Origin: a virus
IMG/VR virus record: IMGVR_UViG_3300049845_000008
Span: 1 to 64,000 of that record
Reading direction: 5' to 3' (one strand)
Length of the DNA: 64,000 nt
The notes below the pieces were generated by a model. That model was not told the origin of the DNA and did not search any database. It saw nothing but the letters and a program-made list of their open reading frames with translations. How positions within the stretch are numbered: position 1 is the stretch's first letter; each line of letters begins with the position of its first letter. The position numbers were made by a program, and so were the translations under genes. This document shows positions 56,101 through 64,000 of the stretch, piece by piece.

Positions 56101-57153
56101 ATCGAAGTCAATGTCCACAAGCGAACGAGTATCGATACCGTCCGTGCGTGGCTTGGGAGCTTCCATCTTGACCGTGCCGATGGTTTCAAATTCGAAGCCC
56201 TTGACGTAAGCCTTGCCCGGTTCGATGTTGATGATGTAGTTGTTTGCGTTCTGCGATTCGCCCACGGAAGCGCGGAAAGGAATGACGGTGTAATCGCCCG
56301 ACTCATCGAACGTTCTACGTGCGAGTGTCTTTTCGATTTCCGAGTAGATTGGATACTTGACTTGCTTCGTGATTGCGCCGTTCTCGACTCGCATGAGTTC
56401 GAAGAACTTGGATTCGTCAACTGCGGTGTCCAGAGGGCGAGTGGAGAGCGTCAGTCCGAACTGGTAGCGGTCTGCACCCGGAGCCTGATAGTTGAACGAG
56501 TCCTGTGCAGGATCCAACAGAGTTGCGTCGATAGCGTAGTCTACGATTTCGTCGGTGACTTCAAGACCGATCTTGACGTTTGCGTTCTGAGAGTAAGCAG
56601 CGACCACAGCCGTCTGTGGATTGACCGTGACGAAATAGCCGTCAACGTAGAAGATACCGTCGTTGATCGATGCGACCGTTCCCTTGCCCGACGCAGCCGA
56701 AGCGATCAGCTTGGCGCGAGTGGTGGTTCCTGCGACCTTGAATACGTCGCCGTCCGAGAAATCCACACCCGAAAGATACTTGATCAACAGGGTTGGCGTA
56801 CCGCCCGATGGGTAGTACGATGCGAGAACCTTAGCCTGTACCAGAGAGTCAGAGTCGCGAAGAATGACCTTACCCACGAATAGGTCAAGCTCAACGTCTT
56901 CGTTGTTGTAGGTTTCGTCTAGCTTGATGTACGTAACAGAGTTGTCTAGGGCTAGATTGCCGCCAATGACAGGCGAACCATCCTGAAAGATGTGGTCGCC
57001 AAAGGCTTTGATCTGGTTCTGTAGAATAGACTGAATCTGAGTCAGTTCGCGTGCCTGAACTGAGAACCCCGGCTTGAACAGGATCTTCAGATAGTTGTTG
57101 TCTTTCGCGTTCTGCTGAAAGTCGTCGTTATACGGTTCTACGTTGAATTCCAT
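53134..57153 (-). CDS. DUF4815/VrlC-type structural protein, N-terminal part
   Basis: FNVEPY.DDF...LFKPG.SVQARELTQ.QSILQNQI, APGADR, LARRTFDESGDY, RRYTMKDI..I.KRVE.LEYYTSL. Confidence 0.85.
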   Translation of the reverse strand: MEFNVEPYNDDFQQNAKDNNYLKILFKPGFSVQARELTQIQSILQNQIKAFGDHIFQDGSPVIGGNLALDNSVTYIKLDETYNNEDVELDLFVGKVILRDSDSLVQAKVLASYYPSGGTPTLLIKYLSGVDFSDGDVFKVAGTTTRAKLIASAASGKGTVASINDGIFYVDGYFVTVNPQTAVVAAYSQNANVKIGLEVTDEIVDYAIDATLLDPAQDSFNYQAPGADRYQFGLTLSTRPLDTAVDESKFFELMRVENGAITKQVKYPIYSEIEKTLARRTFDESGDYTVIPFRASVGESQNANNYIINIEPGKAYVKGFEFETIGTVKMEAPKPRTDGIDTRSLVDIDFDTSYGNYLKFKNVWGSNAATFINTTGLDTVDLHCTDVANVNIGVSAGANSSFYANTKIGTAKIRAIRRDIAAQDGVANVDSNGVFDFHFTDINIKPRVLVIPTGSTSTTVKLPPLSSQKDNVYQNTTITVLPVTLTPVAAVNAANVFINSTRVNAESTLASVQVGQVIRVADEVREVVNVATNYLYVNSAFTKTVVGGSPNANVQILLQNTYSSNVTNQSRKITSYVGSTQVATIDRPWDDNAVPANNTVVQLNFGINNLKSWVKPNATFGKANAHANIAIQSLLIDGSTELFEASDKRVIFRLPQNTVKRGSLTNVDYNNIKYMQSTGAGGIFTLTVEAHESIPWSVTNSNIEDNLIVVVRETSGGAIANGTVLKLNTGEVAVTPGLGGAVTVTLPSTITRIDAYVLVKQNDAHLRKRTKTLRSNPLLTTAPFNYPTDSGVNTDYTVAVPNVGNVAKINVANGLIFITEPSVTKIFPGDSISLYVPDVVNVRAILKGNTTHVADATNSQDITDHFAIDLGQTEEMYEHAKITLKQGYPTPNARLTIHVDFYQHSYPANSTYFSVDSYDTTVYEDGQIPVYFSESSGAYFLRDCLDFRPTRRIGVSDGTIDTGILPDPNSSTELSFDYYLPRIDKLVLSKHKEFRILKGVSSPAPIPPDDTEDAMTLYTIYLAPFVSSTEDIRLKYNENRRYTMKDISRIDKRVESLEYYTSLNNIEGLAMGDSTKYEDGTDKAKYGIIGEGFKNFNIADYKDQDFNVSMEEGEMGPYVGNVPFGMKLLNTTNLKMNERTVTLNFTEEPMVAQTVTSNKLVSVQPFLFAQFIGDCTLSPEMDFWVSETLKPDVLRAPEVDDRIREIYNSERAAERVREPVPQPQVPTPTSNATSVITTTPGVDPPAANTTFNTPVATVSQSPLIPSLSFTVPKLTTTTTRSTFDSIRLLFPTLTVKTPAPIPPAPSSPLPVYTAPVTASSGGGFSLSTKMGSLEFVTFR

Positions 57154-57164
57154 TGCTTACTCTC

Positions 57165-58778
57165 TTAGAATGATAGAACGAGCCGAATTTGCTCGGTCTG
57201 GTCTGCGTCACGAACGATTTTCGCTCTGTTCTCAATATATAGGAGGTCGCCACTAAACAGCCCGATATCGGGTCCGGTTTCACCTAGAACAGTCGCGGTT
57301 GCGGCTGAAGTTGCGCCCGTCAGGGTCGAACCCACCGTCACATTGCCCGACAAGTTGTTTACGTACAACTCGTTGGTGGATGCGTTCCATGTAACCACGG
57401 TGCCGGTGAAGGTTGCGTCGTTAGGACCGGTTCCGATGTACACGGTTTCGTCGTTCGAATAGTTCGAAGTGCCGGGATCCGTCAGGCTCAACTTAGTGGT
57501 CGAGCGATAGACAGAGCCGTTGGCATAGACACCATTGGCTAGCAATGGGTCACGAATTAGAGATATCTGGCGGAAGTCGAACGGAACTACGTCCGTGCCG
57601 ACAGGGATGGTGTCGCTTTCGGTGCCTTCGAAGCTTACGGCTGTCATGACCGAGTAGCATCCGAGTTCCTTGATAGGGTTGGATCCATGTCCACCGGGAG
57701 GGCTGATCATGGCTTGGAAGATGGCTGCGTTGCCGTTCGACAATTGGTTAGGGTCTACAGCCACGACATTCGCGGAAGTGTATCCGGTGCCGCCGTTCAG
57801 AATATTCAGGTCGGTGATAACACCGGAAGAGATATTCGCAGTGACCACAGCCCCTTCGCCGTCGCCCGTGACCGTGATGATCGACAGGGAGGCTGAGTTG
57901 CCCGATTCGCCATTGTCGAGGAAGTAGCCTGTGCCGCCGTCTTCGATCATGATGATATCAAGGCGTCCGTCTGTTGCGCCTGCAACCACCGAGTTGTCCT
58001 TGATGACCGGCATCCAGTTGTTTGTGAAGAACTTCTGCTTCAAGCCGTAAGGAATCGTGTACAGGTATTTCCACTTATAGCCGTCAGCCGTGAGAATGTA
58101 TGGATTCTCAGGAAGCTGCCCGTCAATGTCGATGGTCGGCTCCGTGGTAGAAGGAATGCCCACGCCCGTATCGGATCCATTGTGCAGGCACTTGAAGACC
58201 TGATCCTTGGAGTTACGGCAGTAGAAGTTGTTGGCAAAGTGTGGATAGGTGTTGTCGATTCGGACGATGGTTCCGTTCAACACAGAATAGGTAAAGGCAG
58301 TGTTGACCACCAGATGCGTCGTATTGACACCGACAACCTGCTTAGTCTCTGCGTTGAGTGTGATCGTGTTACCGACAGAGATTACGCCTGTCCATGTGGC
58401 AGTATTAGCCACGATTAGATTGCCGGTGGCATTGGCTGTGCCAGTGACCGTCAGCTTGTCCTCATGGGAGAATAGCTCAACGTCGTCGTGGTATTCGTCA
58501 TAGGTCGTTCCTGTTACCCAATCGATGCGAGGAACCACCAGTGCGGTATCGGCTGCCGCGACTCTTTTCAGTGCGATCATGTCGCGCCAGACCTGATTAC
58601 GATAGTCCGTGGTGTAGCGAACATCCTCAATCTCGTTTGCGGTTTCGGTGTCGTCTGCTCCCCAACGAATAGGGCGACCAATGCAGAGGTACGTGTTCGC
58701 ATAGGTAGGGAACACGTTCGCTTTGATGATTTCCACAATCTCAAACTTGAGAAGTGGAGTGATGGCTGATTTGCTCAT
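57165..58778 (-). CDS. gp8: Baseplate wedge subunit
   Basis: PRIDW..G..YD.Y, VFKCL.NG, DGYKWKYLYTI, PPGGHG, FRQI.LIRDP, SGDLLYIENR. Confidence 0.88.
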   Translation of the reverse strand: MSKSAITPLLKFEIVEIIKANVFPTYANTYLCIGRPIRWGADDTETANEIEDVRYTTDYRNQVWRDMIALKRVAAADTALVVPRIDWVTGTTYDEYHDDVELFSHEDKLTVTGTANATGNLIVANTATWTGVISVGNTITLNAETKQVVGVNTTHLVVNTAFTYSVLNGTIVRIDNTYPHFANNFYCRNSKDQVFKCLHNGSDTGVGIPSTTEPTIDIDGQLPENPYILTADGYKWKYLYTIPYGLKQKFFTNNWMPVIKDNSVVAGATDGRLDIIMIEDGGTGYFLDNGESGNSASLSIITVTGDGEGAVVTANISSGVITDLNILNGGTGYTSANVVAVDPNQLSNGNAAIFQAMISPPGGHGSNPIKELGCYSVMTAVSFEGTESDTIPVGTDVVPFDFRQISLIRDPLLANGVYANGSVYRSTTKLSLTDPGTSNYSNDETVYIGTGPNDATFTGTVVTWNASTNELYVNNLSGNVTVGSTLTGATSAATATVLGETGPDIGLFSGDLLYIENRAKIVRDADQTEQIRLVLSF

Positions 58779-61700
58779 TATTCCGTTACCTTGATGATTT
58801 CATAGGTCGTTTCGGTGTAGACTGGAACCACCTGATAGACCAGACCGGTGTTCGACGTATTGGCAGTGTTATTTAGGGAGACTACATTACCGGATACGGC
58901 TGTGACCGAATAGAGTTCGATATTTCCGACATTGATTCGAACCACATCGCCGGTCGCGATAAAATCCGAAACCGAGTTAGTGTTGCCGCTGATCTGTAGC
59001 AGGTTATTGCCACTGTTGGTGGACGCCTTGCCCTGTCCAATCATGACAAAGTTGGACTCTACGTTCAGGCTCGTCGGAGAGGTGATGAACTTGATGATCT
59101 TAGCCTGACTGCGCAGCGGCGCGATAGGATCTGCGATTAGAAGTATGTCGCCCACGGCTGCGGTCAATGTGAAGAGGCTGTTCGCGCCCGTGACCACCAC
59201 GTTGTAGGAGTTGGACACCGTGACCGTCGCATTGGCATTGACATACGGAATGGTCGAGACAACCGAAACCGGTGTGATCGATTCCGTAAGCTCGGACTTG
59301 GAGATTGTACGCCCAAGCATGACCATGCCGATTGGGTGGACGATATCCTTCATGGAATTAGAGTAATCCGACAGCGACTTCTCAGACTCAATGACGTAGG
59401 AGTAGTTGTGATACTGCTTGCTGTCCTGTAGTTTCTTGTCCGAAGACAGGAAGCCGTCCGTGTTCAGATAGAATCCGGTAAACTTGATCAGACCGTTGTA
59501 GAACTCTGCGTATCCCTTAGCCTTGCCATTGCCGTAGAACCATGGATTGTCCAAGCCGACCGCACGGATTTCCGCAGGGTAGGAGGAAGGAGCCGGAACC
59601 TTGGCTGCCTGATCGACAAAGAATGTGACACCACCTTCGGAAGTGAATTGCAGAGACTTGTTGAAGCTGCCGAAGCTATTGCCCGAATAGTTGAACAGGC
59701 GTAGCAGGCGAGTCGAACGGTTGTAGGACTTGATGATGCCTTGGAAGGTTGCAGTCTCAAGGGTTGGTCCCTGATAGACACGCTCGCCTTCGGAAAGGGA
59801 TTCTGCTTCCAGAATTCCGTCGATGATCATGTCCACAACCTTGAACGAAACGATAGGCGTATCGATGTAGTCGAATCCACGGCTGATCATGCGAACGTCC
59901 TTGACGCGCCCGATTGCACCCGTTTCGACACCCACTTCGACACCTTCTCCGAAGCCATAGGCTGAGAGTGATGCATTAGCACCACCGGAAGTGGTGACGG
60001 AAACCGACTTGGCGTTGTAGTAGCCTTCACCACGGTTGATGATGGTGGCTGCGACGATGGCACCGTTAGCCCCGACCGTGACGTTACCGGTGAATCCATA
60101 GCCCGATCCGATGACGGTGAGTGCGTCACCGTTGGCATAGCCGGTGCCGGGGTTATCGATGTAGATGTGCGCAATCTGTCCGGTCGCAGAGAGCAACTGG
60201 CGAGAGTTTGCATAGTCCTGCGTGCCATACTCATACGCTTCTGAGAGATACGTATCGTGATAGGACTCAGTTCTGATCACAGGCGTCGAACGGAAGCCAT
60301 AGCCACCGTTGAGAATATTGTAGAGAGCTACGCCACCCGTTTCGATGCGTTCGAAGTTCAGTGCTTGGCAGATCGAAGAGTTGGCATTGATCGACATTTC
60401 AATGTCATCGACGCTGCTGACCGTGTAGTTTCGCAACGAGTTTGTGGTGGTGATGGTGTTGCCAGTGAGAATGGTCAGCGGCTTTGTGTTCTGCACGGCG
60501 TACATGACCACCTGTGCAGGACCGCCCACCCACGCTGCGTTCGATGTGATGATCTTGCCGACGATGTTTGCAGTCTGATAAGAGCCATTAGAATCAGCGT
60601 ACCAGTCTTCGTACTGATGCCACTTGGCTGAACCCGAACCGGGAGTACCTGTGATGGTGAGCAATACGTTGCGAGCGTTGGACGAGAACAGCACCCAATC
60701 GCCCGTGTTGGAGAGTACCTGAGAGGCTGCGTACTCAATCGGCATCTTATCGACAACGATGTATTCAAGGAACTTGGCGTTGGTGTTGGCTGTGTCATCG
60801 AACGTGGTGATACCAGCCACGCGAATGTCCGTGGACAGATTAGCATTAGGATCGTCGCCCACGGAGCGATAGACAATAGCTTCTGTGTTTGAATACGTGC
60901 GGTAGCCATAGCCTCCGAAGACCACGGACAGACCTTCGATGGATCCCACGGTGACGTTGCCGACGACAGCCACGGCATCGTTAGCTTCGGCTGTGGCTGC
61001 AAGACCACCAAAGACGATGACAGGATCACCGACGTTGTAGGATAGACCTCTACGCTTCTGCTGTGGGTCTGTACGAATCTGAGAATCCACCACGATGTTC
61101 GAAATGGATCCGATGATCTTTTCGGAGAAGAGTTGCTCGACGCCGTTTTCATCGACATACGGAATCTCTAGATCTTCACCGTTTGTGAAAGAACGGAAGA
61201 CGTTGGAAACGTACATTTCCAGAATTTCGGTTCCGAACGTGCGGTCGATGGTCTTGTTAGCCGATTCGATGATACACGTAGCCTTGGAGATAGATCCGGT
61301 AGCCTTGTGCTTCTCTAGCAGGTTAACATCGATGTTCTGATTGGCTGCGGATAGCGTCAACTGAAAGGCTTGTGGCAGCTTCCACTTACCGTCCGAGGCA
61401 ATGAGAATCTGCTGCTTCGGATAGTAGACGTTGATATCTTCGCCATAGAGAACGCGGAACAGCCACTTGACAGACTCTTCGGAACCCTTCTTGATGTAGA
61501 ACTCGCGTGCGCCCTTGAGGATCTTGACCAGATCCAGTTCAGAGTTCTCAGGGAAGTACGGCAGGAGTTCCTGCTTGAACAGACGAATGAACGGGTCCAG
61601 AGTTTCGTCCACATCACGATACTTACCAGAGTTCATGATGTGGTAAACGGTATTACCCTTAGTCTCGTCCTCTAGCCAAGTGTAGTAGAGTTCAAGAAAA

Positions 61701-61786
61701 CGCTTGAACTGTGGATGATCTGCGCGAACGAAATCCGGCAGTTGCCGGTTGATCAACGCGGATACTGTTTTCTCTGCTGTTGCCAT
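58778..61786 (-). CDS. gp7: Baseplate wedge subunit (gp7-like)
   Basis: QLPDFVR.DHPQF..FLELYY.WLE, FY..KGSEES...LFR.LYGE, LQDS..Y.NYSYVI, VHP.GM; lies between gp6 and gp8. Confidence 0.75.
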   Translation of the reverse strand: MATAEKTVSALINRQLPDFVRADHPQFKRFLELYYTWLEDETKGNTVYHIMNSGKYRDVDETLDPFIRLFKQELLPYFPENSELDLVKILKGAREFYIKKGSEESVKWLFRVLYGEDINVYYPKQQILIASDGKWKLPQAFQLTLSAANQNIDVNLLEKHKATGSISKATCIIESANKTIDRTFGTEILEMYVSNVFRSFTNGEDLEIPYVDENGVEQLFSEKIIGSISNIVVDSQIRTDPQQKRRGLSYNVGDPVIVFGGLAATAEANDAVAVVGNVTVGSIEGLSVVFGGYGYRTYSNTEAIVYRSVGDDPNANLSTDIRVAGITTFDDTANTNAKFLEYIVVDKMPIEYAASQVLSNTGDWVLFSSNARNVLLTITGTPGSGSAKWHQYEDWYADSNGSYQTANIVGKIITSNAAWVGGPAQVVMYAVQNTKPLTILTGNTITTTNSLRNYTVSSVDDIEMSINANSSICQALNFERIETGGVALYNILNGGYGFRSTPVIRTESYHDTYLSEAYEYGTQDYANSRQLLSATGQIAHIYIDNPGTGYANGDALTVIGSGYGFTGNVTVGANGAIVAATIINRGEGYYNAKSVSVTTSGGANASLSAYGFGEGVEVGVETGAIGRVKDVRMISRGFDYIDTPIVSFKVVDMIIDGILEAESLSEGERVYQGPTLETATFQGIIKSYNRSTRLLRLFNYSGNSFGSFNKSLQFTSEGGVTFFVDQAAKVPAPSSYPAEIRAVGLDNPWFYGNGKAKGYAEFYNGLIKFTGFYLNTDGFLSSDKKLQDSKQYHNYSYVIESEKSLSDYSNSMKDIVHPIGMVMLGRTISKSELTESITPVSVVSTIPYVNANATVTVSNSYNVVVTGANSLFTLTAAVGDILLIADPIAPLRSQAKIIKFITSPTSLNVESNFVMIGQGKASTNSGNNLLQISGNTNSVSDFIATGDVVRINVGNIELYSVTAVSGNVVSLNNTANTSNTGLVYQVVPVYTETTYEIIKVTE

Positions 61787-63840
61787 TAGCTTTGTACCGC
61801 GCCTACTCTAATGTCGATAGCAGCGGGATCCGTGCTGTCGAGTGTGAGGATTGCATTACGTGTGGTCGAGAAGACGTTCGTGTTAGGTTGCGCCTTGAAG
61901 ACCATCGTTCCGAACGGATCGTTGACCGAAATTGGATTGAAGTTGTCCAGAGTCAGGTAGCCGTCGTCGTAGTAGATCGTGCCTGCGGCGTTGTTGATGA
62001 CGCGCTTGATGGAGTTGGCATCGTAGTAGAAGATTCGAAGCGTACCCTTCTTACCCTGCAATACGCAGCGAAGTTCTGCACCCGATCCGGATCCACCTTC
62101 TACGCGAGCCACGGCTGCGGAGTAATTCGAACCAGAGTTCGTGACCACAACGCTCTTGAGCTTGCCGTTGACAATGACGGCGGATGCGGCTGCGCCTGTA
62201 CCATCGCCTTCGATCACGATCTTAGGAATCTCGGTGTACTGGTCGCCGGTTGCAACCACTTCGATTGCGTCCAGTCCGGTGAAGGACTGAGGAACTTCTT
62301 CGATGAAGCCGATACGCTCAATGCCGAACTCGTCAATGATTCCGAACGATGGCTCGGAGTAGAGTCGGTCCAGAGAGGTTCCCTTCTTGAGCGGAACGTA
62401 GAAGTCGATCTTATACGTCTTAGACTGATTGAGCAGCGGACGGAAACGCTTTTCGATGACAACCTTGATGGAGTTGTTTTCGATGGAAGGATCTGCATCA
62501 TCGATAGCCCGAACCAACTTGCTCATCTTGAACGTGTTGTTGAACGTGTTGAGGTAGTCGTTGGCGAAGTTAGCCACAGCACCATAGACAGCCGTTTGAA
62601 TGCCGCCTGCGGTCTTTGTGGTTTTCCGTGGGTCATAGACCACATCGACCACGAAATTCATGTAGTTGTAATCCGGAGCGATGTACTCAGGCGTGACCGT
62701 CAGCACGGAGATAGGCTTGAGGACTTCATCCTTCATGTACTGAATCTCGGACTGCGTGACTTCGTAGTTGCCGCGAGGCTTGACCGAGAAGAAGATCTTA
62801 CCATAGACAGGCGGCACATTCTCTTCGCCACCCCACACCGCAACCGAGTCGAAGTATGGATAGTTCTTGTTGATCAGTGCGATGTAATCGTTCTTAGTGA
62901 CAGCACGGTTCTGAGCGATGAAGCTCTTTGGTGCGGTGAACTTGATGTTGTCCGTAGTCTCTTCCAACTTGCCCGAAGACGATTCGGTGGAAAGCGCGAT
63001 GGTGACAGTCGTTCCCGGCATTGGATTGTCAGAGAGGCTAAAGGTGCGAATGCCATTGGCTTCGTCGCCCGAAGTGACCACATAGGAAACGATGACGATG
63101 TTGCCGTTCTCTAGGGCTGCACCGAGAATGCCGTCACCGAAGGAAATCTGATAGCGACCGTTGCGATTCTCTTCTAGGTAATAGACAGGCGAATCGGAGG
63201 TAACGGTGGTGGAATCTTCCGCCAGTTCAAAGGTTTCGATGGAATAGTTGTCGGCACTCTTCTGAATCTGAACACTGAGCGTTGACGTATCGACACCCAC
63301 ATCCGGCAGAACGAATACCTGCTTCTCGTTGGTCTGTGAGTCGTAGGTGAAGACGTAGGAGACAGGGTTGCCTTCCTTGATCTGTAGGTTTTCGAAGTTG
63401 AAGTAGCCTGCATTGTTCTTGGAAACCACACGTTGCTCGACCGTGACAAAGCTATAGGCTTTGCCGTCCTTGGGAGCAGAAGTGAACTTCGTGAACTTAG
63501 GCAAGGTCATCGCGGAGTTGGATCCACCGACCACTTCCTGAAAGGCAACATTGATCGTAGCCTGAGAAGCCACGCGGGATCTTGGCGTATAGCCTAGCAG
63601 CTTTGCATGGCTAACCACTGACTGCCGCAGTTGTGCGGTGTCGATGAACATTTCGTTCGCCATCATGTTCATGTAGTAGCCCATGTAATGCGTGTTGTAC
63701 GCAAGAACGTCGAGCAGAATCGAAAGACCAGAGCCGTCGAAGTTGTAGTCCGAGAATTCGGGCTGAGACTTGAGGAAGGTCTTTAGGTTGGACTTGATGC
63801 TTTCAAAGTCCAGTTCTGTAATCTTGAGTGGTTGAGTCAT
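61786..63840 (-). CDS. gp6: Baseplate wedge subunit
   Basis: TELDFESIKSNLKTFL, DYNFDGSGLSILLDVLAYNTHY, QNRAVT..DY, WGGE.N.PP.YGK. Confidence 0.95.
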   Translation of the reverse strand: MTQPLKITELDFESIKSNLKTFLKSQPEFSDYNFDGSGLSILLDVLAYNTHYMGYYMNMMANEMFIDTAQLRQSVVSHAKLLGYTPRSRVASQATINVAFQEVVGGSNSAMTLPKFTKFTSAPKDGKAYSFVTVEQRVVSKNNAGYFNFENLQIKEGNPVSYVFTYDSQTNEKQVFVLPDVGVDTSTLSVQIQKSADNYSIETFELAEDSTTVTSDSPVYYLEENRNGRYQISFGDGILGAALENGNIVIVSYVVTSGDEANGIRTFSLSDNPMPGTTVTIALSTESSSGKLEETTDNIKFTAPKSFIAQNRAVTKNDYIALINKNYPYFDSVAVWGGEENVPPVYGKIFFSVKPRGNYEVTQSEIQYMKDEVLKPISVLTVTPEYIAPDYNYMNFVVDVVYDPRKTTKTAGGIQTAVYGAVANFANDYLNTFNNTFKMSKLVRAIDDADPSIENNSIKVVIEKRFRPLLNQSKTYKIDFYVPLKKGTSLDRLYSEPSFGIIDEFGIERIGFIEEVPQSFTGLDAIEVVATGDQYTEIPKIVIEGDGTGAAASAVIVNGKLKSVVVTNSGSNYSAAVARVEGGSGSGAELRCVLQGKKGTLRIFYYDANSIKRVINNAAGTIYYDDGYLTLDNFNPISVNDPFGTMVFKAQPNTNVFSTTRNAILTLDSTDPAAIDIRVGAVQS

Positions 63841-63998
63841 TGTCCGATCTTCCTACTTGCTCTCTTCTGGAACGTCTTGTGACCATCTACGGTAGCCTTC
63901 TTGACGGTTTGTTCCGGCTTCTTCGTCTTAGGCAGCATTGGCTTACCCTGATACATCAACCCTTCCAACATACTGCGAAACTCTTTGAGTGTTTTCAT
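63837..63998 (-). CDS. 53-aa basic internal-head-protein candidate with capsid-targeting sequence
   Basis: Manual translation MKTLKEFRSMLEGLMYQGKPMLPKTKKPEQTVKKATVDGHKTFQKRASRKIGQ; TAATG and ATGA overlaps on either side. Confidence 0.7.
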   Translation of the reverse strand: MKTLKEFRSMLEGLMYQGKPMLPKTKKPEQTVKKATVDGHKTFQKRASRKIGQ

Positions 63999-64000
63999 TA

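Noticed and set aside
1-64000. tRNA/rRNA genes, introns, homing endonucleases, stop-codon reassignment
   Set aside because: Intergenic gaps are short and explained, no cloverleaf was seen, core genes are uninterrupted and of normal length, and TAA, TGA and TAG all act as stops.

Overview
The window is a 64-kb segment of a T4-like (Tevenvirales-type) myophage genome, with essentially all real genes on the minus strand. In transcription order (right to left) it holds: baseplate wedge genes (gp6, gp7-like, gp8); a DUF4815/VrlC-type structural gene split in two; an approximately 21-kb fibre/decoration island occupying the position of T4 gp9-gp12/wac; the neck-terminase-tail-head core (gp13-gp23, gp3); uvsY/uvsW; gp55; gp47/gp46; peptide deformylase; a CobT/CobS (VWA/MoxR) pair; SLOG, HTH and glycosyltransferase genes; dNMP kinase; gp45; and a truncated dsbA. 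The best candidate for an undescribed system is a tightly coupled late operon (36464 to 29041). It places a nearly Pro-free G-x-Q-G-x-T collagen fibre, a Hint-domain autoprocessing protein, a metallopeptidase and three paralogous sulfotransferases together. With the pervasive small-residue-Asn motifs on outward-facing virion proteins, this suggests a phage-encoded virion glycosylation/sulfation coat. Other notable signals are paired IHF-site promoters, a perfect antisense sigma70 promoter next to gp55, -10 boxes sitting in hairpin loops, a gp67 polyprotein, capsid-targeting-sequence mini-genes, a structured gp23 3'-UTR, and apparent CCWGG/CTGCAG/GGCC avoidance. All family calls come from motif recognition and synteny by eye; no searches were run.
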